Source of the DNA: Candidatus Woesearchaeota archaeon
GTDB taxonomy: Archaea; Nanobdellota; Nanobdellia; Woesearchaeales; SKGA01
Length of the DNA stretch: 49,951 nt
Reading direction: 5' to 3'
NCBI GenBank assembly: GCA_007117735.1
Contig: SKGA01000028.1
Span: 1 to 49,951, forward strand
A program made the translations under genes and the position numbers. Numbering within the stretch: position 1 is the first letter of the stretch; every line of letters starts with the position of its first letter. The notes below the pieces were generated by a model. The model had not been told where the DNA came from. It saw only the letters and a list, made by a program, of their open reading frames with translations, and ran no database searches. Positions 27,901 through 35,916 of the stretch are shown piece by piece.

Positions 27901-28640
27901 AGAGGGAGATCATATAATAAAGAGTTTTCATCCTGTACAAGAAGAAATGCATCGCTAAAAGAATAAGGTGTTGAACCGTTTCGAACATAGGGTAGATGAA
28001 TACTTAAAGAGTGAAATCCGTCAATAAAATGTTGTGCTATTTCTGCAAAACAAGAACCCGCAGCACAATTTATTTGTCGTTCATAACCGTATGAAGAAAG
28101 TGCTGAAGAAAAGTATTTTGCCGTTGTTGCAGGCTGTATTTTTGATTGTGGAATAGTTTGAGAACTTGTTGGTTGAGAAAGAGGTTGTCGTAAATTTCTT
28201 GTTGCCTGCATATCAACAGTGGATCCCTCTTGAAAAAAGGATAATTGGGAAGGAAAAGTACCAATGGTTTGAAGGTTGTTGAATGTTTTTCGAATAAGTT
28301 CTTCATAGTTTTTTTCAAAAGAGGGAGGATTGTCAGGATACAAAGCCAAGAAAAGATGAGGGGTTGTTTGAAAAGAGGAAGGCGAAACATGGCCTGCTTG
28401 TTGAAGAAGAAGGGTTCTTGCTTCCTGTACAGAAAAACGAAGTGAATGTCTTAGTTCTTGTTCTTGAAGAAAAATATCTTGTGTTGAAGAAAGTAAGGAG
28501 TATTGTTGCGAGCCAATTATTAAACGATCGTCAGAAACAGTAAAGAGATTAAAAGGAGTAAAAACAATATCTACTACAATAATAAAAAAAACCACTGCTA
28601 AGAAAAGCATTCCAAAACCTTTTTTATGTAATCGTTTCAT
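24975..28640 (-). CDS. 1221-aa pilin-leader surface protein with NlpC/P60-like, lytic transglycosylase/lysozyme-like and M15 (VanX/VanY) peptidase-like domains
   Basis: KKG|F plus hydrophobic helix; LPYVRNG...GFDSAG...PGDILIF; GIDPALLTAIAMKESSMG; QAYRTWEIQ...HMVSGAIDVTL...WHFEYG. Confidence 0.8.
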   Translation of the reverse strand: MKRLHKKGFGMLFLAVVFFIIVVDIVFTPFNLFTVSDDRLIIGSQQYSLLSSTQDIFLQEQELRHSLRFSVQEARTLLLQQAGHVSPSSFQTTPHLFLALYPDNPPSFEKNYEELIRKTFNNLQTIGTFPSQLSFFQEGSTVDMQATRNLRQPLSQPTSSQTIPQSKIQPATTAKYFSSALSSYGYERQINCAAGSCFAEIAQHFIDGFHSLSIHLPYVRNGSTPYSFSDAFLLVQDENSLLYDLPLYPVKPGTTRLTEAGFDSAGWLWWVGTHANVSFFQERNTTTVYISRLLDKPAVCRTCNFDQVSMFEPGDILIFNSSLFSSPQLLLYHGDYQFSASLPERGLVQERLQTVWFKEYDITAIRLSYQDQGYDSLDSFFKNAVPQLSTNMIAPSFACSPDQRLSNTYRTRIQNSAFGSQQSLEESFIQSSVERGIDPALLTAIAMKESSMGAASSNQRANELDKSFLTGCGWFPTCSSDLSCDHPAVISDKAQLRCSATTFFNAFTEATTGDSSISQGQYFRCNEYANNPEEMWKCILCIYQGNFDRDLGSSGEFFLKDRTCPYARDIETFYCQARSYYDEIGISIDSSSPIQGSLLSSAIEFLPRMVTHHPMNFSEFASFSEKISLLYRECDDNTASCLTENLPDTFSLPTTSSLALSVAEQYLDCLTNNQDLCVCDIHINHSLVPEIDSSVYGFQLTSRGDIIEGLTNLPESRSLQTSQLLHSTAIDFTRNAPFQNPSSSLLFTIADEKVHFFPNPSERNMFIFDSPSLQILKDGDDLQWLLPDERITDPSLLCRSNKNYFPLHADFSFSEEPFLFSLYLDDRQAPEIKSLSLEQTSCLAQELLYVTWTVDSQTDNPYMFGISFEGNTDSFFFYEQSVTELSLINQLEPTIEQLYVSRGSTEDTYSVLLSSTPDGGFFIPGRSYNLSVHVFDHYLNVESKDISSFLFQEVLEPSFFDEDFSFFQNYFSNSNLCMPSDQIFKGRINFDDESLTFQIANRPESRLQELVLDRLDQPVDFLDQEIFELPSTRVPFPDLTPSFTLVPYILPGGTHLRGDLDNAPLYDIRNIPNIICNEETSSVGRICAVNELMARQLIRMSREYFVPNDIELVILQAYRTWEIQNRLYQNHLRGGGNLACNPGTRSNPRHCPHMVSGAIDVTLRDANTGRTTNTNTWENAFCDYGFVRFTSPSYTSWHFEYGTRRWQLAEQRREGGARVCR

Positions 28641-29188
28641 AAAGTACCTCCTGAAACTAAAGAAAGTAATGTTCGTTGTAAAAAATTAAATCCAGGATAT
28701 TCGAAGCGATAAACAATAAATTTTTGTTGACTTGAAGATGAAGGGATTGGTAGACTAAATCCTTCTTGATAATTTCTACTTCTAGAAGTTCGCAACGGAA
28801 AATATTCCCGAGTACCTTCTATTAAAGCAATTTCAACTTCAGAAACATAAGAATATTCTTTGAAAAGGTTAAGCGATCGTAATAAACGTTCTTGATACGT
28901 TAACATGTTCTCAGTTTCTTCTCTTGTTCTTTCTTCTTTCATTCTTAATGTATAATAGCTAAAGGCGAGGTCTTGGAAATTTTTATCTTCAGAAACAGAC
29001 ATGTCGGGAAGCAAACGCAGTGAAGATTTTGCTAAAAATTCTTGCCTCGCTTCACGTATTTCATTTCTTGCTTGAGATTCTTGAGATTCTATAAAAATAA
29101 AGAAAATGAGAATTGCTAAAAGGAAAAAAACTACTGCAATTATTTTGATATAGATGTTCAGAAAAACAATTCCTTTCTTCATGACCAT
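28637..29188 (-). CDS. Pilin-like protein (class III signal peptide-like)
   Basis: MKKG| followed by a ~25-aa hydrophobic helix; ATGA coupling. Confidence 0.7.
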   Translation of the reverse strand: MVMKKGIVFLNIYIKIIAVVFFLLAILIFFIFIESQESQARNEIREARQEFLAKSSLRLLPDMSVSEDKNFQDLAFSYYTLRMKEERTREETENMLTYQERLLRSLNLFKEYSYVSEVEIALIEGTREYFPLRTSRSRNYQEGFSLPIPSSSSQQKFIVYRFEYPGFNFLQRTLLSLVSGGTL

Positions 29189-29646
29189 AACCTCATTCTT
29201 GCTGGTAAAAATATCCCTTCATCATAAAGAAGGATTGAAAAGCTCCCATCATGTCTTGCTCTTGAAGGAGTGTGAATCAATAATTCTTTTGTTCTTGAGG
29301 TGGAGGAAGTTAAAGATTGTGGATGATCAATAGACACTTTTGAAAAAGGTACGTCTTGCGCACTTAAACCAAAACAACTAATAAGTTGATCTTCAGTAAA
29401 TAATTGCATATCAACAACACCATACTGTTCAACCCCATCTATTCTGGCTACAAAACAATAATTTGTTAATTGTGAAAATGTCAAATCCATAAACAAGCTT
29501 TCAGGAACTGGACTTCTTGCATCAATGGACACACTCAAACCAATTATCGAAATAAAAAGAATCGCTCCTATGAGAAAGAATAAGAAAATATAGTGAAAGA
29601 CTTCTGCAATGGTTAATCCAGCATCTCCAGAATGATCATCTTCCAT
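29179..29646 (-). CDS. Pilin-like/membrane-anchored protein with an atypical acidic leader
   Basis: MEDDHSGDAG leader, then a TM helix and a small two-Cys domain; TAATG coupling. Confidence 0.65.
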   Translation of the reverse strand: MEDDHSGDAGLTIAEVFHYIFLFFLIGAILFISIIGLSVSIDARSPVPESLFMDLTFSQLTNYCFVARIDGVEQYGVVDMQLFTEDQLISCFGLSAQDVPFSKVSIDHPQSLTSSTSRTKELLIHTPSRARHDGSFSILLYDEGIFLPARMRLWS

Positions 29647-30515
29647 TATGAATACACCCCATGTAATACCGCTATAATTGAATCAATAAAAGCTCTTTGA
29701 ATTGAAGATTGCTCTAGACGTGAAGATAAGTCTCCTGAAAAAACGATGTTTACTGTTTTTGAAGAAGTAGAAAGTGGTGTTGAAGAAAATAAAACACGAT
29801 CTTCGAGTAGTGCAAAAATTATTTCAAAAGAAGGACGAAGAGATGCAAGACCTTCATGATTAGAAAAAGAAATAACTGTTTCTTCATCAAGACCAAAAGA
29901 GATATCTAAAAATAGAGGTGCTTGAGATGGCTCGACCAATTCAAAACCTTCTTGTCGTAATTGTTGATGAAGCGCAGATTCAAACCTTCGTGAGAAAGGA
30001 GTTTGATCTTGTAATGAAATAGCTACACCTTGTGATTTGAAAAAAGAAAGTTCATTCCCAGGTATTGATCGTAAAGGAGATTGTAGTGTTGAAGAAACAG
30101 TAATGTTTCTGTCTCTTTTAATAAAATGAAATCGTTGTGAAGTAATAGGATTTTGAGGTAAAACAGTATAAAATATATTTGGTTGATAAGGAAATCTAGT
30201 AAGTGAAAACGAAAGATATTCTGAACCGAGAAGGGTCGAAACAATATGATTTTCTGTATCGATTTCCAAAATTCTGTCAGGAAAACTAAGAGGATAAACA
30301 TACGTCACTTCATAAGGAATAGTATTGATTGTTGAAAGAAGCAGCGCACTATCTCGAGTTACATAAACACTTGCAGTAAGATCAGGATTGACAAATTCTT
30401 GTCGAATACCTAAAAGAATAAGAATAAACAACGCTGCAGCTATTAATGAAAAGGCAATTTTTAGCATCAGGGCCGCTGCTTTCTTTCTTAATGGTTTTTG
30501 AAATATCATTTTCAA
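29646..30515 (-). CDS. Pilin-like protein (class III signal peptide-like)
   Basis: RKKA| plus hydrophobic helix. Confidence 0.7.
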   Translation of the reverse strand: MKMIFQKPLRKKAAALMLKIAFSLIAAALFILILLGIRQEFVNPDLTASVYVTRDSALLLSTINTIPYEVTYVYPLSFPDRILEIDTENHIVSTLLGSEYLSFSLTRFPYQPNIFYTVLPQNPITSQRFHFIKRDRNITVSSTLQSPLRSIPGNELSFFKSQGVAISLQDQTPFSRRFESALHQQLRQEGFELVEPSQAPLFLDISFGLDEETVISFSNHEGLASLRPSFEIIFALLEDRVLFSSTPLSTSSKTVNIVFSGDLSSRLEQSSIQRAFIDSIIAVLHGVYS

Positions 30516-31729
30516 TTGGGAGTAAAAACCATCGTCCTACCACCAAAAGAAAGACGATGTGGTTGCTCTCGAATAAAAAGAGAATTATCTGTTGCATTTG
30601 TTATCATAATATTAGCTTCAGGAAAAGAAGAAGTTTGTTCAAGACGGAAAGAAATTGATGTGGAAATGCTATCAACACGTGTTGAACCGAGATAAACAGA
30701 AAAAGTTGTTTGAGGTAAAAATCCTGGTTGTACTGGTTCTTCTACAAGCCGAACAGTTGGCGGAGGGATTCCTTCGGGAAAAGAAACGTCTGAGAAATTA
30801 AAAAAACGTTCAAAAAGAACAAGAAGAGTATCTGCTTGGATGTTTTGAGAAGAAAATTCTCTTTCTAAGGAAGATAACAATGATTGAGATCGTGGTTGAA
30901 TAGTTTGTTGAAGAAATTCTTGTCGAATACGCTGATCAAAGATACCATCTTGTAATTCTTTAGCTTGCTGCGGAGTAGTACATGGTTCTTGCACACAAAT
31001 ACTTATAATTTCAGAAGCTTCCTGAAACCGTTGAAATCGTAAAGGGAGACGTTGAGCTTCAAGACTAAAAACTCCTAGAGCAACTCCACCACTCCAATTA
31101 AAATAAGGAGAAGAACTTGGAATGAGTAAAGGATTATACGAACGAGTTTCTGGATCGAGAGATAATAAATTTTGATTCAAGAAAGATGAAAAGCTTCTAT
31201 TTAGATGATGAACTTCTCGATATTCAGTAAATAAAACATTACTAGCTAATTGTTCACAACGAGGTTGTTGGCAAGTAAAACTCTCTTCACCGTCTTTTTG
31301 TAAAGAAAAATGGTTAAATGTTCGTTCATGAGGATCTGTTGAAGTATCAACAATAATAGGATTCAGTGTTGTTTGACAACGACAAACACAGGCAGCATCT
31401 CCACAAAGATCTGGACGTTCTATTTGTATTGCTTTATCTTGCCAAGAAGAAAAGCCATCATATTCAAAACGAATAGGACTTGTTCCCGAAGAAAAGAAAA
31501 AGACATATTCATTCGGTTGAAGAGCGATTGTTCGCGAAGTGAGAACGATCTCATCAGTTATTTCTCTATCTAGAAAACTTTCCAAAACAGTTGCTAAAGA
31601 AGTATGAAGATTTGAGTTTGAAGAAGAAACAGAAAAAGATCGTAAAGCACCTAAAGCAGCAACAGTAATAAGCGCTATTAAGACAAGAGTAACTGTTGTT
31701 GTTAACATTAAAGATGCTTTTCGATTCAT
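30512..31729 (-). CDS. Pilin-like protein with Cys-containing head
   Basis: MNRKA| plus hydrophobic helix; CGDAACVCRC motif. Confidence 0.7.
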   Translation of the reverse strand: MNRKASLMLTTTVTLVLIALITVAALGALRSFSVSSSNSNLHTSLATVLESFLDREITDEIVLTSRTIALQPNEYVFFFSSGTSPIRFEYDGFSSWQDKAIQIERPDLCGDAACVCRCQTTLNPIIVDTSTDPHERTFNHFSLQKDGEESFTCQQPRCEQLASNVLFTEYREVHHLNRSFSSFLNQNLLSLDPETRSYNPLLIPSSSPYFNWSGGVALGVFSLEAQRLPLRFQRFQEASEIISICVQEPCTTPQQAKELQDGIFDQRIRQEFLQQTIQPRSQSLLSSLEREFSSQNIQADTLLVLFERFFNFSDVSFPEGIPPPTVRLVEEPVQPGFLPQTTFSVYLGSTRVDSISTSISFRLEQTSSFPEANIMITNATDNSLFIREQPHRLSFGGRTMVFTPN

Positions 31730-32433
31730 CTTAACGTACTTCCCTCTCTATTTTGCATTGTTTCACAATGAGCTAAAACCAGAGAGTTACACTCATTAAA
31801 AGGGGTGAGACATTGTAATTGTGGTTCTTCGTTTTCAATAACAAACCATTCATTAAGAAATGTCCGTTCATCGCAACAATCCCAATCTCCTTGTGAGCAT
31901 GTTTCAGGACAGAAAAAGCCAACGGGCAAGTCTTCAAAACGACCGCTTCGAGAAAAAGAGGTTAATTGATCACTAAAAAATATTCCTTGTGCATCGCCAT
32001 CTGATCGTTGTTGTCTCAGATGTCTTTGTAAATTAATAACATCTTGATACGTCATAACTCGAACAGATTGTTTTTCAAGATTAGTTTCTAGAGAGTTTAT
32101 GTTCTCATGGACAACATTGACATCTATAATTCGGTAAAAATCAGGATTATTTGTGCCCCACAAGGATGCTCGAATAACCGGTGAACGAGCAGAAGGTCGA
32201 ATAATTGAAGTGTCAATATTATCTGGATCACAAGGACACTCATCCCGTCCATTAGGAATACCATCGCCATCATAATCATAATTAAGACAAACTTGAAATT
32301 CAAAAAAGGTTGCAGTTGAAGAAAAAGTTTCTGATGTAAAAGACGTAAAAAAAACTAAAATAAGAAGACCAAGCACTATAGCTATAATAATTTTAAAAGA
32401 ACCCGATGCTGCTTTTTTTGAAATGTATTTCAT
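31726..32433 (-). CDS. Pilin-like protein with a thrombospondin type 3-like Ca-binding motif
   Basis: SKKA| plus hydrophobic helix; DYDGDGIPNGRDECP. Confidence 0.7.
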   Translation of the reverse strand: MKYISKKAASGSFKIIIAIVLGLLILVFFTSFTSETFSSTATFFEFQVCLNYDYDGDGIPNGRDECPCDPDNIDTSIIRPSARSPVIRASLWGTNNPDFYRIIDVNVVHENINSLETNLEKQSVRVMTYQDVINLQRHLRQQRSDGDAQGIFFSDQLTSFSRSGRFEDLPVGFFCPETCSQGDWDCCDERTFLNEWFVIENEEPQLQCLTPFNECNSLVLAHCETMQNREGSTLR

Positions 32434-33290
32434 GATGATAAACCTCCTTGGTAAAATTGTTGTGAAGTACTTCCCGCGAGATTATTGATAAAAGAAGATG
32501 AAAGGACAGAACCTCGGGTTACTTCATTGTTTTGAACATTAATAGATAAAGAAAAAGGATTTATGTTCGCCCTTCTTCTTTGTTGAGCGATACAAAGTGT
32601 TGGATCGTCTTCAAATTTAGCGAATGCTAACACATTACTTGATGAACGAAGAGAAGTACTAAAAGTTCCTTCTGCCGCCCGATATCGTAGCGTTAAATCT
32701 CTAAGATTTAATTGGAATGTATCAACTGATGATTTACTTAAAACTGAAGAGAGGGAAGCGGCTGATGAAGAAGTAGGTAAACTTGTTGATTGCGCCACAG
32801 CAAAAGTAAACTCTGAAGAAGAAATAATATTTTCATGTAACAAGCAAAGATTAAAAGAACCTAATAATTCTTGACGTTCAGAACCATCTAAAACAGTTCC
32901 TGTGAATGAACGAGTTCCTCTTGCATCAACAGTGAATAAATAAATATGAAGTTCTTCTCCTGATCGTATAAATTCTAAGAACCAGTCTTCTGTTGTTGAA
33001 AGAGATGGTGGTTGGGGAAAAGAGAAAAAACCTTGAGGCTTATTGGGATCAAACAAAAATCGAAGAAGTTGTTCACTATACTCGATATATTCTAGAGGTG
33101 CTAAAGTATTTGAACGTGCAGGTAACGGTTGTTCATTTCTTTGTATAAGTTCAACAAAAGGATCTGAAAAAGAAATAATATAATCGACTTGGGTTACGGT
33201 TGTTGAGAAAGCTCCTTCTGAAAAAGAAAGAAAGAAAAGAGACACAAAAACGACCAAAACTAATCCAAAAATTACTTTCCAAGAGACCAT
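32430..33290 (-). CDS. Membrane-anchored/exported protein of the pilin-like cluster
   Basis: N-terminal hydrophobic helix; abuts the upstream stop (TAAATG). Confidence 0.7.
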   Translation of the reverse strand: MVSWKVIFGLVLVVFVSLFFLSFSEGAFSTTVTQVDYIISFSDPFVELIQRNEQPLPARSNTLAPLEYIEYSEQLLRFLFDPNKPQGFFSFPQPPSLSTTEDWFLEFIRSGEELHIYLFTVDARGTRSFTGTVLDGSERQELLGSFNLCLLHENIISSSEFTFAVAQSTSLPTSSSAASLSSVLSKSSVDTFQLNLRDLTLRYRAAEGTFSTSLRSSSNVLAFAKFEDDPTLCIAQQRRRANINPFSLSINVQNNEVTRGSVLSSSFINNLAGSTSQQFYQGGLSS

Positions 33291-33461
33291 TTAACTTCCC
33301 CTCCCTCTAAAAATGGTGAAAATATTTGAGAAACTATCAACTAAGCCTGAAGAAGAAGAATAAAAAGTATTAATAAGCATAAGAGCAATAGCAACAACAA
33401 TAATAAAAAGAATTGCATAGAGTAACATATTAGTTGATGCTTTTTTATGGAAGTAAAACAC
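33291..33461 (-). CDS. Small pilin-like protein (56 aa)
   Basis: HKKA|STNMLLYAILFIIVVAIALMLI. GTG start at 33461 follows the GAGGTGA SD; the ORF fills the gap between two larger genes. Confidence 0.75.
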   Translation of the reverse strand: MFYFHKKASTNMLLYAILFIIVVAIALMLINTFYSSSSGLVDSFSNIFTIFRGRGS

Positions 33462-34287
33462 TACATTCACCTCGTTCTTCAAATAAGTCTAATGGTCCGA
33501 ATAATAAACTAGTACGAAGATTATATCCTGAGTCCATATGCGCATTAATAGACCAAAAATGTTCTCGAGAAAAAATATCTCGTGAGAAAAGAATTCGCAG
33601 ACGGTCTTGTTCAAAATCTAATTGTTGACGTAGCCAACCTCCTTCTTCAAAATCACTTATGGCAATAGCATAAGACCTTCCAGGAATAATATATCTATCT
33701 TCCGTATAAATAGATTGAAAAGCAGACTCAACAGATGGAAAAAGGGGAATAAACATTCCTTGTTCTCCTGAAGGAGGGGTCAAAAAATATTCCATATATG
33801 AATAAGGAATATCGTCAATAACAAAAGCAGTTGTTTCCTGTAAATAAGTTAAAAACCGTTCTAAAGAAACCGCGTCAACTCGTGAAGAATCTGCAATATT
33901 AATTACTGCTAAAATACCGCATTTTTCTCCTCTATGTTTAATAAATTGATAGCCTCCTTCTTCATTAAATAAATTAGGTACTGAACCTTCTCGAATAGCG
34001 TACCAAACCCTCTCTGAAGTTTTTGCAGAAACATGTAGAATTTGTTCTTCTGTTGTTATTGATCCTCGTGAAGGAAAATCAATAAACTCCGTAACACACG
34101 TATCTGTAACAAATCGGGTTCGTGAAGAGATTCGTTCATCAACATCTCGAACACCTGTAAGTAATCGACAATAATCTAAGGGCGTTAATCCATCTGAAGA
34201 AGTAAATTGATTAAATAAAAGAAGAATAGCTAAAAAACTAGTAATCCCTACAATAATCGACACGAGAGCTCCTTTTTTATCCAACAA
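33445..34287 (-). CDS. Pilin-like protein (class III signal peptide-like)
   Basis: DKKG|ALVSIIVG... Start reassigned to TTG 34287 (or 34284) after GAGGTG; the track's 34371 start overlaps the small upstream gene. Confidence 0.7.
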   Translation of the reverse strand: MLDKKGALVSIIVGITSFLAILLLFNQFTSSDGLTPLDYCRLLTGVRDVDERISSRTRFVTDTCVTEFIDFPSRGSITTEEQILHVSAKTSERVWYAIREGSVPNLFNEEGGYQFIKHRGEKCGILAVINIADSSRVDAVSLERFLTYLQETTAFVIDDIPYSYMEYFLTPPSGEQGMFIPLFPSVESAFQSIYTEDRYIIPGRSYAIAISDFEEGGWLRQQLDFEQDRLRILFSRDIFSREHFWSINAHMDSGYNLRTSLLFGPLDLFEERGECSVLLP

Positions 34288-34399
34288 GAGAAACACCTCT
34301 AAATCTTGATACGAAAAAAAGAAAAGCAAGAAAAAGTAGAACAAAGAGACAAATAATGATAATAAGTTCAAAGCTCATACCTTTTTTCCAGAACACCAT
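34277..34399 (-). CDS. Very small pilin-like peptide (40 aa)
   Basis: MVFWKKG|MSFELIIIICLFVLLFLAFLFFVSRFRGVSLVG; TTTAAAAA 22 nt upstream of ATG 34399. Confidence 0.65.
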   Translation of the reverse strand: MVFWKKGMSFELIIIICLFVLLFLAFLFFVSRFRGVSLVG

Positions 34400-34434
34400 A
34401 CTAGAAAAGGAGGTTTTAATGTTTTTAAATATTG

Positions 34435-35601
34435 CTATTGAGGCACACAAGAACCCGATGACCACGTGCAAGATGTTGCTGCAAGATCCCTAAATTGACA
34501 GGCATCAGTCCGGCAATCAGACTCTGTTTTATATTGAGAACAAAGGGCTTGCGGGGAAGCTGAAGAAGGGAATCGACACGTTTCACAAACATTTTGGTCA
34601 GAATTAAAGTGACATCGATCATCAAAATCATAGCCCATGCATTGATTTGCATTACAATTCTCTCGTGAAGTATAATCGCTACAAGAAGAAACTGCACCTA
34701 TACAAGTTGTACACGAACCTCTAAAATTGAGTCTCCAAATATTTCTCGGTGTATAAATACAACTTTCAAAATATTGTGTGCAAACATCTGCTCGAGAAGA
34801 AGGATCTAAACATTCAGTTTTTCCATATCCATCACACAACAGTAAAGATGGTTGACAATAAGCTATATTTTCTCTGTACCACTCAAATGGACGAACAACA
34901 ATAAGATCGCATTCTGAAGAAGAAACAGAAAATTTTAACTCATCAGTCTCAGTTCGAAAATAAAAATGCGCGTATTGTGAAGAAAGTCCATCACTCCAAG
35001 AAAAATCATAAAGTAAAGAAATAACATCAAAAGTAACACTTGAAGTGTACCCTCCTACAGTCGCAGGAGGTTGAGAAATTGAAGAAACTACATAAAGAGC
35101 AGTATCAGGAAGGCTTCCACTCGCAGTTGTTGTCAAAAAGCATTCTGCTCGATTTTCAAAAGTTCTTGCTCGTATAAAAGAAAAGATGGTATTAGATTCT
35201 AATACTTCTTCAATTTCTGGATCGATCCCTTCAACAGGAATAATGTCTCCCGAACCCCTTCGAGGATCTCTTGTTTCACGAACTTCTAATTGATTTCGAG
35301 GGTTTGCTTGTTGTTCTTCTGCTGCTTGAGCAAACTGTGCTTGTTGACCAGGTGCAGGGATATAACATCGATAAACTACTCCTTGATATTCTTCAGGAGC
35401 TATTTGAGGATTTTCTATACACCACCGTTCTGTACACGTAGTGTTAAACCAAGCACCACCTCCAACTCCTGAACAAGATAATCCTCTTGAAAGGGTTGAA
35501 GAACCTGATTGAATAAAATAGAAACCGACAAATAATAAAATTAGAAGCATAATAGTAACAAAAATAAATTGTAGTCCTTGAGAAGAACCGGAAGTGTTCA
35601 T
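34435..35601 (-). CDS. Membrane-anchored protein with C-terminal Cys-rich repeats
   Basis: N-terminal TM helix; repeats CDGYGKTEC, CSDYTSRENCNANQC and CSQYKTESDCRTDAC. Confidence 0.75.
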   Translation of the reverse strand: MNTSGSSQGLQFIFVTIMLLILLFVGFYFIQSGSSTLSRGLSCSGVGGGAWFNTTCTERWCIENPQIAPEEYQGVVYRCYIPAPGQQAQFAQAAEEQQANPRNQLEVRETRDPRRGSGDIIPVEGIDPEIEEVLESNTIFSFIRARTFENRAECFLTTTASGSLPDTALYVVSSISQPPATVGGYTSSVTFDVISLLYDFSWSDGLSSQYAHFYFRTETDELKFSVSSSECDLIVVRPFEWYRENIAYCQPSLLLCDGYGKTECLDPSSRADVCTQYFESCIYTPRNIWRLNFRGSCTTCIGAVSSCSDYTSRENCNANQCMGYDFDDRCHFNSDQNVCETCRFPSSASPQALCSQYKTESDCRTDACQFRDLAATSCTWSSGSCVPQ

Positions 35602-35616
35602 TTCAACTCAAACCTG

Positions 35617-35862
35617 TTAACTGGTAGTTGTAGGAACACAACAAAGAGGTCCAGGATCTTGATCAGTACAAATACCTGCAAAATTTCTAAACTCTCCTTG
35701 ACCACAAGATTGTTTACATTCGCCACCAAAAGAAGTGCACAACGTCGCTTGTTCAGTTTGACCTAGTCGTTGAAAAATTAAATAAGCAACAATTGCTAAA
35801 ATAATAAGACCAATAATGGCCATGATAATAATATTCATTGATAATTCAGCTTTTTTTCTCAC
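35617..35862 (-). CDS. Small pilin-like protein with six-Cys head (candidate major pilin)
   Basis: RKKA|ELSMNIIIMAIIGLIILAIVAYLIF followed by C...GGEC..SC...C...CC. GTG start after GAGGTG; has its own TATA box. Confidence 0.8.
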   Translation of the reverse strand: MRKKAELSMNIIIMAIIGLIILAIVAYLIFQRLGQTEQATLCTSFGGECKQSCGQGEFRNFAGICTDQDPGPLCCVPTTTS

Positions 35863-35895
35863 AAAAAACACCTCGACTAACAATTTTAAAACAAT

Positions 35896-35916
35896 AAAGG
35901 TATTTAAACCTTTCTC
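35896..35916 (-). promoter_or_regulatory. BRE/TATA promoter for the small pilin gene
   Basis: Minus strand reads GAGAAAGG TTTAAATA CCTTT; the TATA box overlaps an AAAGGT/ACCTTT inverted repeat. Confidence 0.55.

Noticed and set aside
34288..34371. Phe/Leu-rich N-terminal extension of the 308-aa ORF
   Set aside because: It is the alternate frame of the 40-aa pilin-like gene; the SD and KKG leader support a start at 34287/34284.
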